From Carpediemonas membranifera BICM (taxonomy: Eukaryota; Protista; Fornicata): a stretch of DNA of 64,000 nucleotides. Under the pieces are notes generated by a model that did no database searches, had not been told where the DNA came from, and saw only the letters and a list, made by a program, of their open reading frames with translations. This document shows positions 42,581 through 53,057 of the stretch, one piece after another (within the stretch, counting starts at the first letter, position 1; each line of letters starts with the position of its first letter). The stretch is from the NCBI GenBank assembly GCA_019828565.1, contig JAHDYR010000035.1, forward strand, positions 165,390-229,389, in the 5' to 3' direction. A program made the position numbers and the translations under genes.

Positions 42581-44419
42581 ATGCAGACATACACGCAAAT
42601 ACCGGGCGGCGATGATGATCTTATCGGTCTTTCAGCATCCCCGTCTTCGGATCCGCGCCATCAAGCCAGAAGCGGCGGCGGTGTCACCGGGATGGCCGAT
42701 TCCTCGTATCAACCTGCTAGAGGCGAGCATGGTCCCCCTTATTCCACCGATTCAGCCCATCAACTCGTTCTGAGGTCTCTATTCTCAAGCATGCTCCGGG
42801 AGCCCGACACACTTGACGCTTTGACCGCGCTCATCACTCAAGCCAACGCAAATAGCGAAGAGGTGCTCATGAAACTAGCGAACGAGGGTGCCACTAAGGC
42901 TTTTGGTGATGTCTCCGATATATCGCTCCTTCCAGCTGTCTTCCTGAAGATCATATCTCGAATCAAGGTCGTCACTCCAGACAAGTTCGTCTTCTACACG
43001 CATTCTGGCAGAGCATTCATGCTCAGGGAAGGCACCCACTGTCTGCTCAGCCCCCGTCAGGATTTCGCGGAGTCCTTTGCCAAGAACGAGCCTTACATCT
43101 TCTGCCGGGACCTCCATGTAATCCAGATACCCCGCGGCCACGTCGGGCTTGCTTGGCTAGGCAATAAGCCCATCCTGCTTGGCGAGGGACGGCACTGTAT
43201 CCGCGACTCCCGGCTTCGCTACGACAAGGTGGTCCTCCCCCTGATCAACCCTCGCATCTCCCACGGCACGATCAACATCATTCAGGTGCCGCGAGGCTGC
43301 CTCGGCTATGCAACCCGCACGGACGTAGCCCAGCCTGTCATCCTGTCCGAGGGCCTTCACTGCATCGACAGCGAGACATTCTACTTCCAGAAGATTATAC
43401 CACTCGTAGAACCCAAGAACCAGATCGGCGCCCTGGAGCTGGTTCGAGTCGAGACCGGCCAGGTTGGCGTCGCCTACAAGTCTGGCGAGCTTACAATCCT
43501 GCAACCCGGGCTGCATCTTATCACGCCCCCTGACCGCTTTGATCATCATCTCTCGACTCAGCAACAAGTTCTTCATCTTCCCGAAACTGTGCACGAGTCC
43601 GCCGATTACGTCCCACTCCGCGTCAAGGCTGACGTCTTCTTCTCGATCTGTGACCCCCATCTAGCTCTGTCGTCAATCGCCGACATCCCCCAACAGATCA
43701 AGGAGACCGCTAACGCCACGCTTGCTGGAATCATTCGGTCCAGTACTCTTGCCGACATTGCCCAGTCATCTAAGCCATCATTCCAGGAGGATCATGACGA
43801 CCATGATGCTCGCGCCCCCTCCTTCTACACCTACGTCCATGATCACTTCCTCTCCAAGTTGTACAAGGAGTATAAGACAACTAGGGGTATAGAGCTGCTC
43901 AATATCCGTATTGAAAACCTCAAGATCGATGACATGAAGCTCGCCAAGCAGATCTCGGACTCGTCCCTCGTCTTTGCCCGTACACAGGCTCGCAAAGCTA
44001 ACCTCGAGGCTGAAAAGATGATTCAGGAGACTTTGGCGGCCACGGCATCTGCGGTTCAGGTCAGGACAGCCGAGGCAGCAAAGGAGAGTGCCCAAATCAT
44101 GGCTCAGGCAGCTGCCATTCGCGTCAAGACACTTGCGCAGGCTGAAGCCGAGAACACGCAGCTAATCGCTGAAGCTGAGGCCGAGGCAAATAAGATCATC
44201 GCGAATGCTGAGTCGATCGCGACGTCCAAACTTGCCATCGCCCAGAAGACCGCCACGGAGCTCATTGCTGAGGGAACAAGGGAGTATGCCGATTCAGTCG
44301 GCAGCACTAAGTTCGGTCCAGAAGCGGCCAAGCTCAAGGTGCAAGCTGACACTCTGAAGGGAACTGAGAAGGTATTCTACAGCGGTCCGCTGCCCACCGT
44401 TTGGCCCGGTCAGTTGTAA
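42581..44419 (+). CDS. SPFH/band-7 domain protein with N-terminal beta-repeats, paralog 2
   Basis: Same architecture as paralog 1, transcribed divergently. The first ATG (MQTYT) is used as the start. Confidence 0.85.
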   Translation: MQTYTQIPGGDDDLIGLSASPSSDPRHQARSGGGVTGMADSSYQPARGEHGPPYSTDSAHQLVLRSLFSSMLREPDTLDALTALITQANANSEEVLMKLANEGATKAFGDVSDISLLPAVFLKIISRIKVVTPDKFVFYTHSGRAFMLREGTHCLLSPRQDFAESFAKNEPYIFCRDLHVIQIPRGHVGLAWLGNKPILLGEGRHCIRDSRLRYDKVVLPLINPRISHGTINIIQVPRGCLGYATRTDVAQPVILSEGLHCIDSETFYFQKIIPLVEPKNQIGALELVRVETGQVGVAYKSGELTILQPGLHLITPPDRFDHHLSTQQQVLHLPETVHESADYVPLRVKADVFFSICDPHLALSSIADIPQQIKETANATLAGIIRSSTLADIAQSSKPSFQEDHDDHDARAPSFYTYVHDHFLSKLYKEYKTTRGIELLNIRIENLKIDDMKLAKQISDSSLVFARTQARKANLEAEKMIQETLAATASAVQVRTAEAAKESAQIMAQAAAIRVKTLAQAEAENTQLIAEAEAEANKIIANAESIATSKLAIAQKTATELIAEGTREYADSVGSTKFGPEAAKLKVQADTLKGTEKVFYSGPLPTVWPGQL

Positions 44420-44992
44420 ATTTGATAGCTATTGCTTTCCACGGTAGTTTAGCAATCCATGATGATCACAGCACGATGTGCAGTCCGGCTTTTCTGACCG
44501 ATGACTGGGGTATGCTCTGTTCTTCTCGTCTTACAGATAGTGTCTGTATCTCGATTGCGACCTGGATGTCCTCGTTTGGTTTTGGTTTACGTACGTCTGC
44601 GGCCCCTCGGTGGTGGGCACGGAACGCCCGGTCACTAAGGGCTGTGCCCTTAACCTGCGGAATCCGTAAACAGTCTTTATCATATTTCTGGGCCCTAGCA
44701 CGGCACAGGGCTCATGTTGGATGTGGGTAGAGGTTGGACAGTAATCAGTTGATGAATTTATTTTCACATGTTTGAAAGAAATGGCCGACAAGCCGTTAAC
44801 TCGCGAGCGCCGAGCAACTGGCGCCAGGAGACAGCTGGTAGCCGAATTTCGAGTCTGAGGCCCGTCGGCCGACACGGAAATTCACTCCCCCCCGTTTAGG
44901 TTTGGCTAGACAGCCTTGGCGTCTGCCAGGTCAGACTGCAAGCATATTGCCTGACTTGTTCCGCAGAAAACCTTAAAATTCCTGCGGGTGTT

Positions 44993-45065
44993 GGCTTTGT
45001 GGCTCAGTGGATAGAGCAGCTGCCTCCTAAGCAGCAGGTCGCGAGTTCGAATCTCGTCAAAGTCG
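44993..45065 (+). tRNA. tRNA-Arg(CCT)
   Basis: Acceptor GGCTTTG/CAAAGTC, D arm GCTC/GAGC, anticodon arm GCTGC-CTCCTAA-GCAGC, T loop TTCGAAT; no encoded CCA; followed by T4. Confidence 0.95.
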
Positions 45066-45086
45066 AATTTTCGAAGGTTTACACAC

Positions 45087-45118
45087 GCTAGCTATCCTAG
45101 CCTCATGACATTCTTTTC
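45087..45118 (-). mobile_element. Distal part of the B' repeat of an older solo YR-element remnant
   Basis: GCTAGCTATCCTAGCCTCATGACATTCTTTTC is a diverged copy of B. Joined with 52775-52788, it gives a full-length B'. Confidence 0.75.
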
Positions 45119-45463
45119 GCTAGCTGTCCTAGCCTCTAGACATACTTGCTCTACCCAACGGGGGGCGATCGTTTATTAAAGAAGAGAGCTAGTGTAAACG
45201 ATCAGGGGACTCCGGCCAGCTTACCTACTGGGCGGATATACCGGTCTTGACCAGTATCGTGCCGTCGGATCTGGATGTTCCGAATTTTCTACCATTCTGC
45301 CCGCATAAACTGCGCGGCTCGCCTGGTCGGCGCATCACCATGCCGGAGCGAGGCGATCTCATTGCCCTCCGCTCACGGCCCGTTACCCGAGGTAACCTGT
45401 CAGCGCGATGTAACGCCAGCTAGCTGTCCTAGCCTCTAGACATACTTGCTCTACCCAACGGGG
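45119..45463 (-). repeat. 3' terminal repeat block B1-A2-spacer-B2
   Basis: Exact A and B copies flanking a 96-bp spacer (45164-45259). Confidence 0.9.
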
Positions 45464-45640
45464 ATATCCCACCGGCAACGAGCATAGTGGAATGGCTTGC
45501 AGGCACGCTTGCGAGCCCAAACCGACCGTCTCCTCGAGAGACCGCGTCAAAGAATGTCTGTTGTGGCTTACATCTGCCGTTGTAACGCGTGTCAGCCCCA
45601 CCCTACCTAGCTCTCCCAGCCACTAGCTCCCGTCAGAGAT

Positions 45641-46945
45641 TTAAAGTGGTGGTTGGAGAAGGATGGAGGCCAGGTGTCCCTGGACCCCCGGGTGTGTGCG
45701 GACCCCGTTGCCCATATATCTCAGCATGCTTTTCGTGGAGGCCCACGTCCCCATGGACAGGAGGACTTCGGTACTCGTGTGGGCTACCGCCAACTCCGTG
45801 GTGGCGCCCTTGCGGAATGAGTGCCACGAAATGTCGGTGCCGTACGCCTGGTGGATCCAGTGGCGGAGGGTTGACGCCGGTAGCGGCTTCGATAGTGAAA
45901 TACCACCGGTTGAGGTGATCGCCCGCCAGATGAGGTCGTCGTCGCGGCGCGTTGCCGTGGGGACCCATGCCTTCAGGGCCCTTGCTGGGTTAAAGCGGGC
46001 CCACGATTGGTTTGGTACCAGCTTGCGGACGCCTGTGGCAGTCTTAGTTCTCGCGAACAGAAGGAGGGCATTGCCATCAGCGTCGAACTCGACGTCTCTT
46101 CGTCTGAGCCCAAAGATCTCTGCGCCTCTACTCACGGTGATAAAGCAGAGAGCAGAAAAGAGGGCGGCCTGGAAGGCTTGGGGTGACTTCCGACGTCTGT
46201 CTATGACCCTGCGGACTCTCGCGGACGTGACAGGCTTCGCACCCCCGGTCAGGCCTTCTACAGAGGCGACGTTCCGGGCGGCGGCGATTATCTGCTTGGC
46301 AGCGATCGGGGGGCGCCAGTCAGACACGAGTGGGGCGGCCTCGCAAATCCAGTAGCCTTTCCTGTGTATCGACTGTGGGCCCGACGTGGTACCCTCGGTC
46401 AGAAGGAACTCTTTGAGCTGTTGCGCGTGTGAGTGGCTCGCGTTGCGGGATTGGAGGAATTTGGCGACCCAGCCCGCTGCTGTGCGGCGCGACGATTCGT
46501 TTCTGAAATGTGATAGTCGGTCGTCAGCGAGGAGGGCTTGGAACGGGTCCTCAGGATAAGCGCCACGAAGCGGATCTTGCCCTTGTCTGTCGCTGTCCAG
46601 GCTAGCTCGGACTGCAGGAGGTGTTTCGCCTGGACTCTGAGGTACAACTTGAGGGGTGTCAAACGTTTGATGGCTCGGACCTCGGGCGAGTTGAGGTCCG
46701 GGCACAGGACTATCGCCGCTGATCTCCAGTGTCGAGGGTTCCCAGTCTGGGTCGAGGCGCGTATTGTCTGGAGGCGACGACACGTCACTCCAAGAAGGGC
46801 TATAGGAGGAGCTATATAAATCCTGACTCCCCTCCAGTCCATCTGGAAGCCGTTGTCGTGGATTGACCAGGCTATTTCTGCAAAGCCTGGTAAGGCCAGA
46901 ACCTTGTCGGGGCGTGCTGTGACGTCGATCTCGACCGGCCCCCCA
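45641..46945 (-). CDS. Tyrosine recombinase, copy 1 (frame overlaps pol; start undefined)
   Basis: VSRGAEI (R), RTKT (K), HSFR (HxxR), GTW (W), LRY (Y). Confidence 0.9.
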   Translation of the reverse strand, partial: WGAGRDRRHSTPRQGSGLTRLCRNSLVNPRQRLPDGLEGSQDLYSSSYSPSWSDVSSPPDNTRLDPDWEPSTLEISGDSPVPGPQLARGPSHQTFDTPQVVPQSPGETPPAVRASLDSDRQGQDPLRGAYPEDPFQALLADDRLSHFRNESSRRTAAGWVAKFLQSRNASHSHAQQLKEFLLTEGTTSGPQSIHRKGYWICEAAPLVSDWRPPIAAKQIIAAARNVASVEGLTGGAKPVTSARVRRVIDRRRKSPQAFQAALFSALCFITVSRGAEIFGLRRRDVEFDADGNALLLFARTKTATGVRKLVPNQSWARFNPARALKAWVPTATRRDDDLIWRAITSTGGISLSKPLPASTLRHWIHQAYGTDISWHSFRKGATTELAVAHTSTEVLLSMGTWASTKSMLRYMGNGVRTHPGVQGHLASILLQPPL

Positions 46946-48416
46946 CTTGCGCATGATGGTTTCCAAGACTTCTCGGGGTGACGACCAGTCGAGCTTGGCG
47001 AACCTGGAGAGCCTGTCCGCCTGGACATTCAGGTGTCCGGCAATATGGAAGCAGTGGACGTCGAGGCGCTTGGTTTCTGCCGTGTTGTAGATGTCCTGTA
47101 GGATCTGGTGTGCGGCTGGGGGAGGTTCGGCGATCCCCGTCTGTTTACCCAGCTGATGGCAGCTGAGTTGTCGGCAAAGACTGTGAGAGAGGAGCGTGAC
47201 TCCTGCTGGGGCACGAGATTGATCGCCTGAGCGATCGCGAAGAGCTCCTTGACGCCAATGTGTTCCCCCTTGAGATGAGGGGGGAAGGCACCCTGTGATG
47301 CCGCTCCCTTCTCCCCATTGAACAGGCATGCTCCCCAGCCGGACGTTGATGCGTCTGAGGTGACAGAAATCTGGAGCGTATCGCGTATTTCCCAGTCCGC
47401 TCTTGCTTCGGCGAACCTCTTGGGTGGGCGATCGCGGAGGAGGACTTGCCACGCCGCCAGCTGCCTGCGGATTTGGCTGGAGAGGTGGACGGTCTCCGTC
47501 GTAGGGGTGGCCTGCAGTGGTCTGAGTGCGAGGCGGGCGAACTGTGTGGTCCCTGCGAAGAATGACAGACGACCTAGGAGCTTCTGCCAGTCTGAAGCTG
47601 TGATGGACCCGACCCGGAGGGCCTTGGAGATCGTGGCCGTGTAGGCCTCGGCCTTGTCTTTTGAGATTCTTAGGGACTCGCTTGCGGTGTCTATGTGGAC
47701 ACCTAGGTAGTCTACCTGCTGGGTCGGCGTGAGGACGCACTTGTTGAGGCCCGGTATCGCCCCCAGCGATAGCATGAGGTCGATGATCTGCGGGGTGACC
47801 GAAGCTAGGTACGATGGGGAGGCATGGGACACTAAGAAGTCGTCGAGATAGACCGCGATGGTCACCCCGAACCTGTGTGCGATGATCTTTGCAAGCTGTA
47901 TGGTCGTGCTCTGGAACACGTACGGCGCCGCTGTCCATCCGAAGCCGAGTGTGTTGTACCTGAATGCGCGGCCGTCCGGTAGGACCACGCCTAGGAGGGG
48001 GAGTCTCGCGAGGCGACGCCAAGTTGGTGGTATCCCGATGCTAGGTCTATCTTGATCATGTAGTCGTTCTTGTGCAGATTGCGGACCGCCCGTCTGATGC
48101 CGAACAGACGAAACACCCTCAGCTCTGCTGTCAACTCGTTCAGGGCTCGGAGGTCGTGCACGGGGCGGACATCGTCTTTGCCCTTCGACACCGCGAACAG
48201 GGGTGCGCTGTGACGCAGTTCGTCTATCGGGCACGGGGAGAGGACGCCCTTGGCGACTAGCTCTTCGATCTTCGGGAGTAGGCGGGGGTCCACTCGCCTT
48301 TGCGGTTCTGGTGGAGGGGGCGCAGAGGTGAGGTGGATAGGGACGCCATCCCGCAGCCAGCTTACTACCTCGGGGGAGGCACCGAGTCTTGCCCACACCG
48401 GCCACTTTTTGTTCAT
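46399..48416 (-). CDS. RT-RNaseH-methyltransferase-like pol, copy 1 (homopolymer frameshifts)
   Basis: RPVHDLRALN, KIDLASGYHQ, LGFGWTAAP, YLDD, SDAS, ADN, NVQADRLSR; MT-like EIDVTA, GFQMDW, YIAPP. Confidence 0.9.
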
Positions 48417-48445
48417 TGACGGGAACTGAACATCTGTGGCAAGGG

Positions 48446-48972
48446 CTACTTCTTGTGCTTCTTGTGAAACCCCCCTTTGTTCTGGGGCTGGTCCTTTCTC
48501 TTACCCTTGGCTCTGGCTTTGGCTGCGCAGTAGGAGATGGCACGGGGGTTTTGGTCTGGGACGTGTTGAACAAGTCGAGAAACAGTTCGCAGGTTGCGTC
48601 CGACCAGTTGTCGTCCTTGAGGTCCAGAAGGGTACGGCGTGCTTGGAGTTCCACCAGGAGTCTTGCTTTGAGCGGCTCGTCGTCGAGGGCGTTGACGATC
48701 ACCATCACGCGGCGAAGCCACTTTGCTTCCGCCTTAAGTGGTCTCTTTGTCGGAAGCTCGCCGTATGCATCCATCTCTGCCAGTGTTTGGTCAATATCCG
48801 CTTCATCTTGTTCAGGGAAGAAATCAATTTGAGATTCCTTCGGCGGCTCGGTCTCGGGCGGCGGAGGAGGCGGATTAAGCTTTGCAAGCTGTTGCGAGAT
48901 GGTAGCGATTGAGGCTTCTAGGTTATTGAGCCTCGTTGCCGTCGGATCTGGATGTTCCGAATTTTCTACCAT
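48446..48972 (-). CDS. Gag-like protein, copy 1 (~175 aa after correcting one run)
   Basis: ATG lies inside repeat A; coiled coil, then a basic tail KGKRKDQPQNKGGFHKKHKK reconstructed from both copies. Confidence 0.7.
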
Positions 48973-49317
48973 TCTGCCCGCATAAACTGCGCGGCTCGCC
49001 TGGTCGGCGCATCACCATGCCGGAGCGAGGCGATCTCATTGCCCTCCGCTCACGGCCCGTTACCCGAGGTAACCTGTCAGCGCGATGTAACGCCAGCTAG
49101 CTGTCCTAGCCTCTAGACATACTTGCTCTACCCAACGGGGATATCCCACCGGCAACGAGCATAGTGGAATGGCTTGCAGGCACGCTTGCGAGCCCAAACC
49201 GACCGTCTCCTCGAGAGACCGCGTCAAAGAATGTCTGTTGTGGCTTACATCTGCCGTTGTAACGCGTGTCAGCCCCACCCTACCTAGCTCTCCCAGCCAC
49301 TAGCTCCCGTCAGAGAT

Positions 49318-50622
49318 TTAAAGTGGTGGTTGGAGAAGGATGGAGGCCAGGTGTCCCTGGACCCCCGGGTGTGTGCGGACCCCGTTGCCCATATATCTCA
49401 GCATGCTTTTCGTGGAGGCCCACGTCCCCATGGACAGGAGGACTTCGGTACTCGTGTGGGCTACCGCCAACTCCGTGGTGGCGCCCTTGCGGAATGAGTG
49501 CCACGAAATGTCGGTGCCGTACGCCTGGTGGATCCAGTGGCGGAGGGTTGACGCCGGTAGCGGCTTCGATAGTGAAATACCACCGGTTGAGGTGATCGCC
49601 CGCCAGATGAGGTCGTCGTCGCGGCGCGTTGCCGTGGGGACCCATGCCTTCAGGGCCCTTGCTGGGTTAAAGCGGGCCCACGATTGGTTTGGTACCAGCT
49701 TGCGGACGCCTGTGGCAGTCTTAGTTCTCGCGAACAGAAGGAGGGCATTGCCATCAGCGTCGAACTCGACGTCTCTTCGTCTGAGCCCAAAGATCTCTGC
49801 GCCTCTACTCACGGTGATAAAGCAGAGAGCAGAAAAGAGGGCGGCCTGGAAGGCTTGGGGTGACTTCCGACGTCTGTCTATGACCCTGCGGACTCTCGCG
49901 GACGTGACAGGCTTCGCACCCCCGGTCAGGCCTTCTACAGAGGCGACGTTCCGGGCGGCGGCGATTATCTGCTTGGCAGCGATCGGGGGGCGCCAGTCAG
50001 ACACGAGTGGGGCGGCCTCGCAAATCCAGTAGCCTTTCCTGTGTATCGACTGTGGGCCCGACGTGGTACCCTCGGTCAGAAGGAACTCTTTGAGCTGTTG
50101 CGCGTGTGAGTGGCTCGCGTTGCGGGATTGGAGGAATTTGGCGACCCAGCCCGCTGCTGTGCGGCGCGACGATTCGTTTCTGAAATGTGATAGTCGGTCG
50201 TCAGCGAGGAGGGCTTGGAACGGGTCCTCAGGATAAGCGCCACGAAGCGGATCTTGCCCTTGTCTGTCGCTGTCCAGGCTAGCTCGGACTGCAGGAGGTG
50301 TTTCGCCTGGACTCTGAGGTACAACTTGAGGGGTGTCAAACGTTTGATGGCTCGGACCTCGGGCGAGTTGAGGTCCGGGCACAGGACTATCGCCGCTGAT
50401 CTCCAGTGTCGAGGGTTCCCAGTCTGGGTCGAGGCGCGTATTGTCTGGAGGCGACGACACGTCACTCCAAGAAGGGCTATAGGAGGAGCTATATAAATCC
50501 TGACTCCCCTCCAGTCCATCTGGAAGCCGTTGTCGTGGATTGACCAGGCTATTTCTGCAAAGCCTGGTAAGGCCAGAACCTTGTCGGGGCGTGCTGTGAC
50601 GTCGATCTCGACCGGCCCCCAC
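49318..50622 (-). CDS. Tyrosine recombinase, copy 2
   Basis: Same protein as copy 1, with all catalytic residues. Confidence 0.9.
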   Translation of the reverse strand: MGAGRDRRHSTPRQGSGLTRLCRNSLVNPRQRLPDGLEGSQDLYSSSYSPSWSDVSSPPDNTRLDPDWEPSTLEISGDSPVPGPQLARGPSHQTFDTPQVVPQSPGETPPAVRASLDSDRQGQDPLRGAYPEDPFQALLADDRLSHFRNESSRRTAAGWVAKFLQSRNASHSHAQQLKEFLLTEGTTSGPQSIHRKGYWICEAAPLVSDWRPPIAAKQIIAAARNVASVEGLTGGAKPVTSARVRRVIDRRRKSPQAFQAALFSALCFITVSRGAEIFGLRRRDVEFDADGNALLLFARTKTATGVRKLVPNQSWARFNPARALKAWVPTATRRDDDLIWRAITSTGGISLSKPLPASTLRHWIHQAYGTDISWHSFRKGATTELAVAHTSTEVLLSMGTWASTKSMLRYMGNGVRTHPGVQGHLASILLQPPL

Positions 50623-52094
50623 TTGCGCATGATGGTTTCCAAGACTTCTCGGGGTGACGACCAGTCGAGCTTGGCGAACCTGGAGAGCCTGTCCGCCTGG
50701 ACATTCAGGTGTCCGGCAATATGGAAGCAGTGGACGTCGAGGCGCTTGGTTTCTGCCGTGTTGTAGATGTCCTGTAGGATCTGGTGTGCGGCTGGGGGAG
50801 GTTCGGCGATCCCCGTCTGTTTACCCAGCTGATGGCAGCTGAGTTGTCGGCAAAGACTGTGAGAGAGGAGCGTGACTCCTGCTGGGGCACGAGATTGATC
50901 GCCTGAGCGATCGCGAAGAGCTCCTTGACGCCAATGTGTTCCCCCTTGAGATGAGGGGGGAAGGCACCCTGTGATGCCGCTCCCTTCTCCCCCATTGAAC
51001 AGGCATGCTCCCCAGCCGGACGTTGATGCGTCTGAGGTGACAGAAATCTGGAGCGTATCGCGTATTTCCCAGTCCGCTCTTGCTTCGGCGAACCTCTTGG
51101 GTGGGCGATCGCGGAGGAGGACTTGCCACGCCGCCAGCTGCCTGCGGATTTGGCTGGAGAGGTGGACGGTCTCCGTCGTAGGGGTGGCCTGCAGTGGTCT
51201 GAGTGCGAGGCGGGCGAACTGTGTGGTCCCTGCGAAGAATGACAGACGGCCTAGGAGCTTCTGCCAGTCTGAAGCTGTGATGGACCCGACCCGGAGGGCC
51301 TTGGAGATCGTGGCCGTGTAGGCCTCGGCCTTGTCTTTTGAGATTCTTAGGGACTCGCTTGCGGTGTCTATGTGGACACCTAGGTAGTCTACCTGCTGGG
51401 TCGGCGTGAGGACGCACTTGTTGAGGCCCGGTATCGCCCCCAGCGATAGCATGAGGTCGATGATCTGCGGGGTGACCGAAGCTAGGTACGATGGGGAGGC
51501 ATGGGACACTAAGAAGTCGTCGAGATAGACCGCGATGGTCACCCCCGAACCTGTGTGCGATGATCTTTGCAAGCTGTATGGTCGTGCTCTGGAACACGTA
51601 CGGCGCCGCTGTCCATCCGAAGCCGAGTGTGTTGTACCTGAATGCGCGGCCGTCCGGTAGGACCACGCCTAGGAGGGGGAGTCTCGCGAGGCGACGCCAA
51701 GTTGGTGGTATCCCGATGCTAGGTCTATCTTGATCATGTAGTCGTTCTTGTGCAGATTGCGGACCGCCCGTCTGATGCCGAACAGACGAAACACCCTCAG
51801 CTCTGCTGTCAACTCGTTCAGGGCTCGGAGGTCGTGCACGGGGCGGACATCGTCTTTGCCCTTCGACACCGCGAACAGGGGTGCGCTGTGACGCAGTTCG
51901 TCTATCGGGCACGGGGAGAGGACGCCCTTGGCGACTAGCTCTTCGATCTTCGGGAGTAGGCGGGGGTCCACTCGCCTTTGCGGTTCTGGTGGAGGGGGCG
52001 CAGAGGTGAGGTGGATAGGGACGCCATCCCGCAGCCAGCTTACTACCTCGGGGGAGGCACCGAGTCTTGCCCACACCGGCCACTTTTTGTTCAT
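50076..52094 (-). CDS. RT-RNaseH-methyltransferase-like pol, copy 2 (homopolymer frameshifts)
   Basis: Same motifs as copy 1. Confidence 0.9.
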
Positions 52095-52123
52095 TGACGG
52101 GAACTGAACATCTGTGGCAAGGG

Positions 52124-52651
52124 CTACTTCTTGTGCTTCTTGTGAAACCCCCTTTGTTCTGGGGCTGGTCCTTTCTCTTACCCCTTGGCTCTGGCTTTGG
52201 CTGCGCAGTAGGAGATGGCACGGGGGGTTTTGGTCTGGGACGTGTTGAACAAGTCGAGAAACAGTTCGCAGGTTGCGTCCGACCAGTTGTCGTCCTTGAG
52301 GTCCAGAAGGGTACGGCGTGCTTGGAGTTCCACCAGGAGTCTTGCTTTGAGCGGCTCGTCGTCGAGGGCGTTGACGATCACCATCACGCGGCGAAGCCAC
52401 TTTGCTTCCGCCTTAAGTGGTCTCTTTGTCGGAAGCTCGCCGTATGCATCCATCTCTGCCAGTGTTTGGTCAATATCCGCTTCATCTTGTTCAGGGAAGA
52501 AATCAATTTGAGATTCCTTCGGCGGCTCGGTCTCGGGCGGCGGAGGAGGCGGATTAAGCTTTGCAAGCTGTTGCGAGATGGTAGCGATTGAGGCTTCTAG
52601 GTTATTGAGCCTCGTTGCCGTCGGATCTGGATGTTCCGAATTTTCTACCAT
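52124..52651 (-). CDS. Gag-like protein, copy 2
   Basis: Same as copy 1 apart from run-length differences. Confidence 0.7.
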
Positions 52652-52774
52652 TCTGCCCGCATAAACTGCGCGGCTCGCCTGGTCGGCGCATCACCATGCC
52701 GGAGCGAGGCGATCTCATTGCCCTCCGCTCACGGCCCGTTACCCGAGGTAACCTGTCAGCGCGATGTAACGCCA

Positions 52775-53057
52775 ATTAACCAACGGGGGGGGGCGCTTAA
52801 TTTACACAATGTTAACGAGGAAGCTAGTGTAAGTTAAACGTGAAGTCCTCTCCGCTTACCGAGGGAGAAGGAGTATACCAGTCGTAACTGGTACCGTGCC
52901 GTCGGATCCGGCGGATCCGAACCTTGCGCCATTCTGTCCGCATAAACTGCGTGACTCGCCTGACCGGCGAAACACCTTTTGCCCGGAGTGAGGCTATCGC
53001 ATCGCCCTCCGCTCCGGGCCCGTTACCCGAGGTAACCTTACTGACGATGTAGCGCCA
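52775..53057 (-). mobile_element. Solo A'-spacer-B' remnant of an older relative of family 2
   Basis: 52897-53057 is a diverged A repeat, preceded by a spacer homolog and the CCAACGGGG end of B; no ORFs. Confidence 0.85.

Larger units (their letters stand above)
45119..52774 (-). mobile_element. Head-to-tail dimer of a PAT-like split-direct-repeat YR retrotransposon, family 2 (unit ~3.68 kb)
   Basis: Sense order A-ORFs-B-A-ORFs-B-A-spacer-B. A is 159 bp (52616-52774, 48937-49095, 45260-45418); B is 45 bp (49096-49140, 45419-45463, 45119-45163). Encodes gag, RT-RH-MT and YR. Confidence 0.92.

Noticed and set aside
44459-44520. Possible C/D box snoRNA (ATGATGA ... CTGA)
   Set aside because: Box spacing is too short, there is no terminal D box or stem, and no guide match could be identified.
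45260-45418. Hammerhead ribozyme in repeat A
   Set aside because: A CTGA followed by a hairpin is present on the sense strand, but the CUGANGA and GAAA core is not.
45641-52651. Programmed ribosomal frameshifts or true pseudogenisation in the family-2 ORFs (also at ~2325, ~3295 and ~54600)
   Set aside because: Every shift can be fixed by 1 bp in a C/G run, several differ between otherwise identical copies, and long unique genes have none. This fits unpolished long-read errors in repeats. Two 5-vs-6 runs are shared by both copies, so reads are needed to be certain.
45087-53057. CRISPR array or prophage/integron at a tRNA
   Set aside because: The repeats are retroelement termini separated by kilobases, the recombinases are linked to DIRS-type RT, no tRNA 3' end is duplicated, and the host is eukaryotic.
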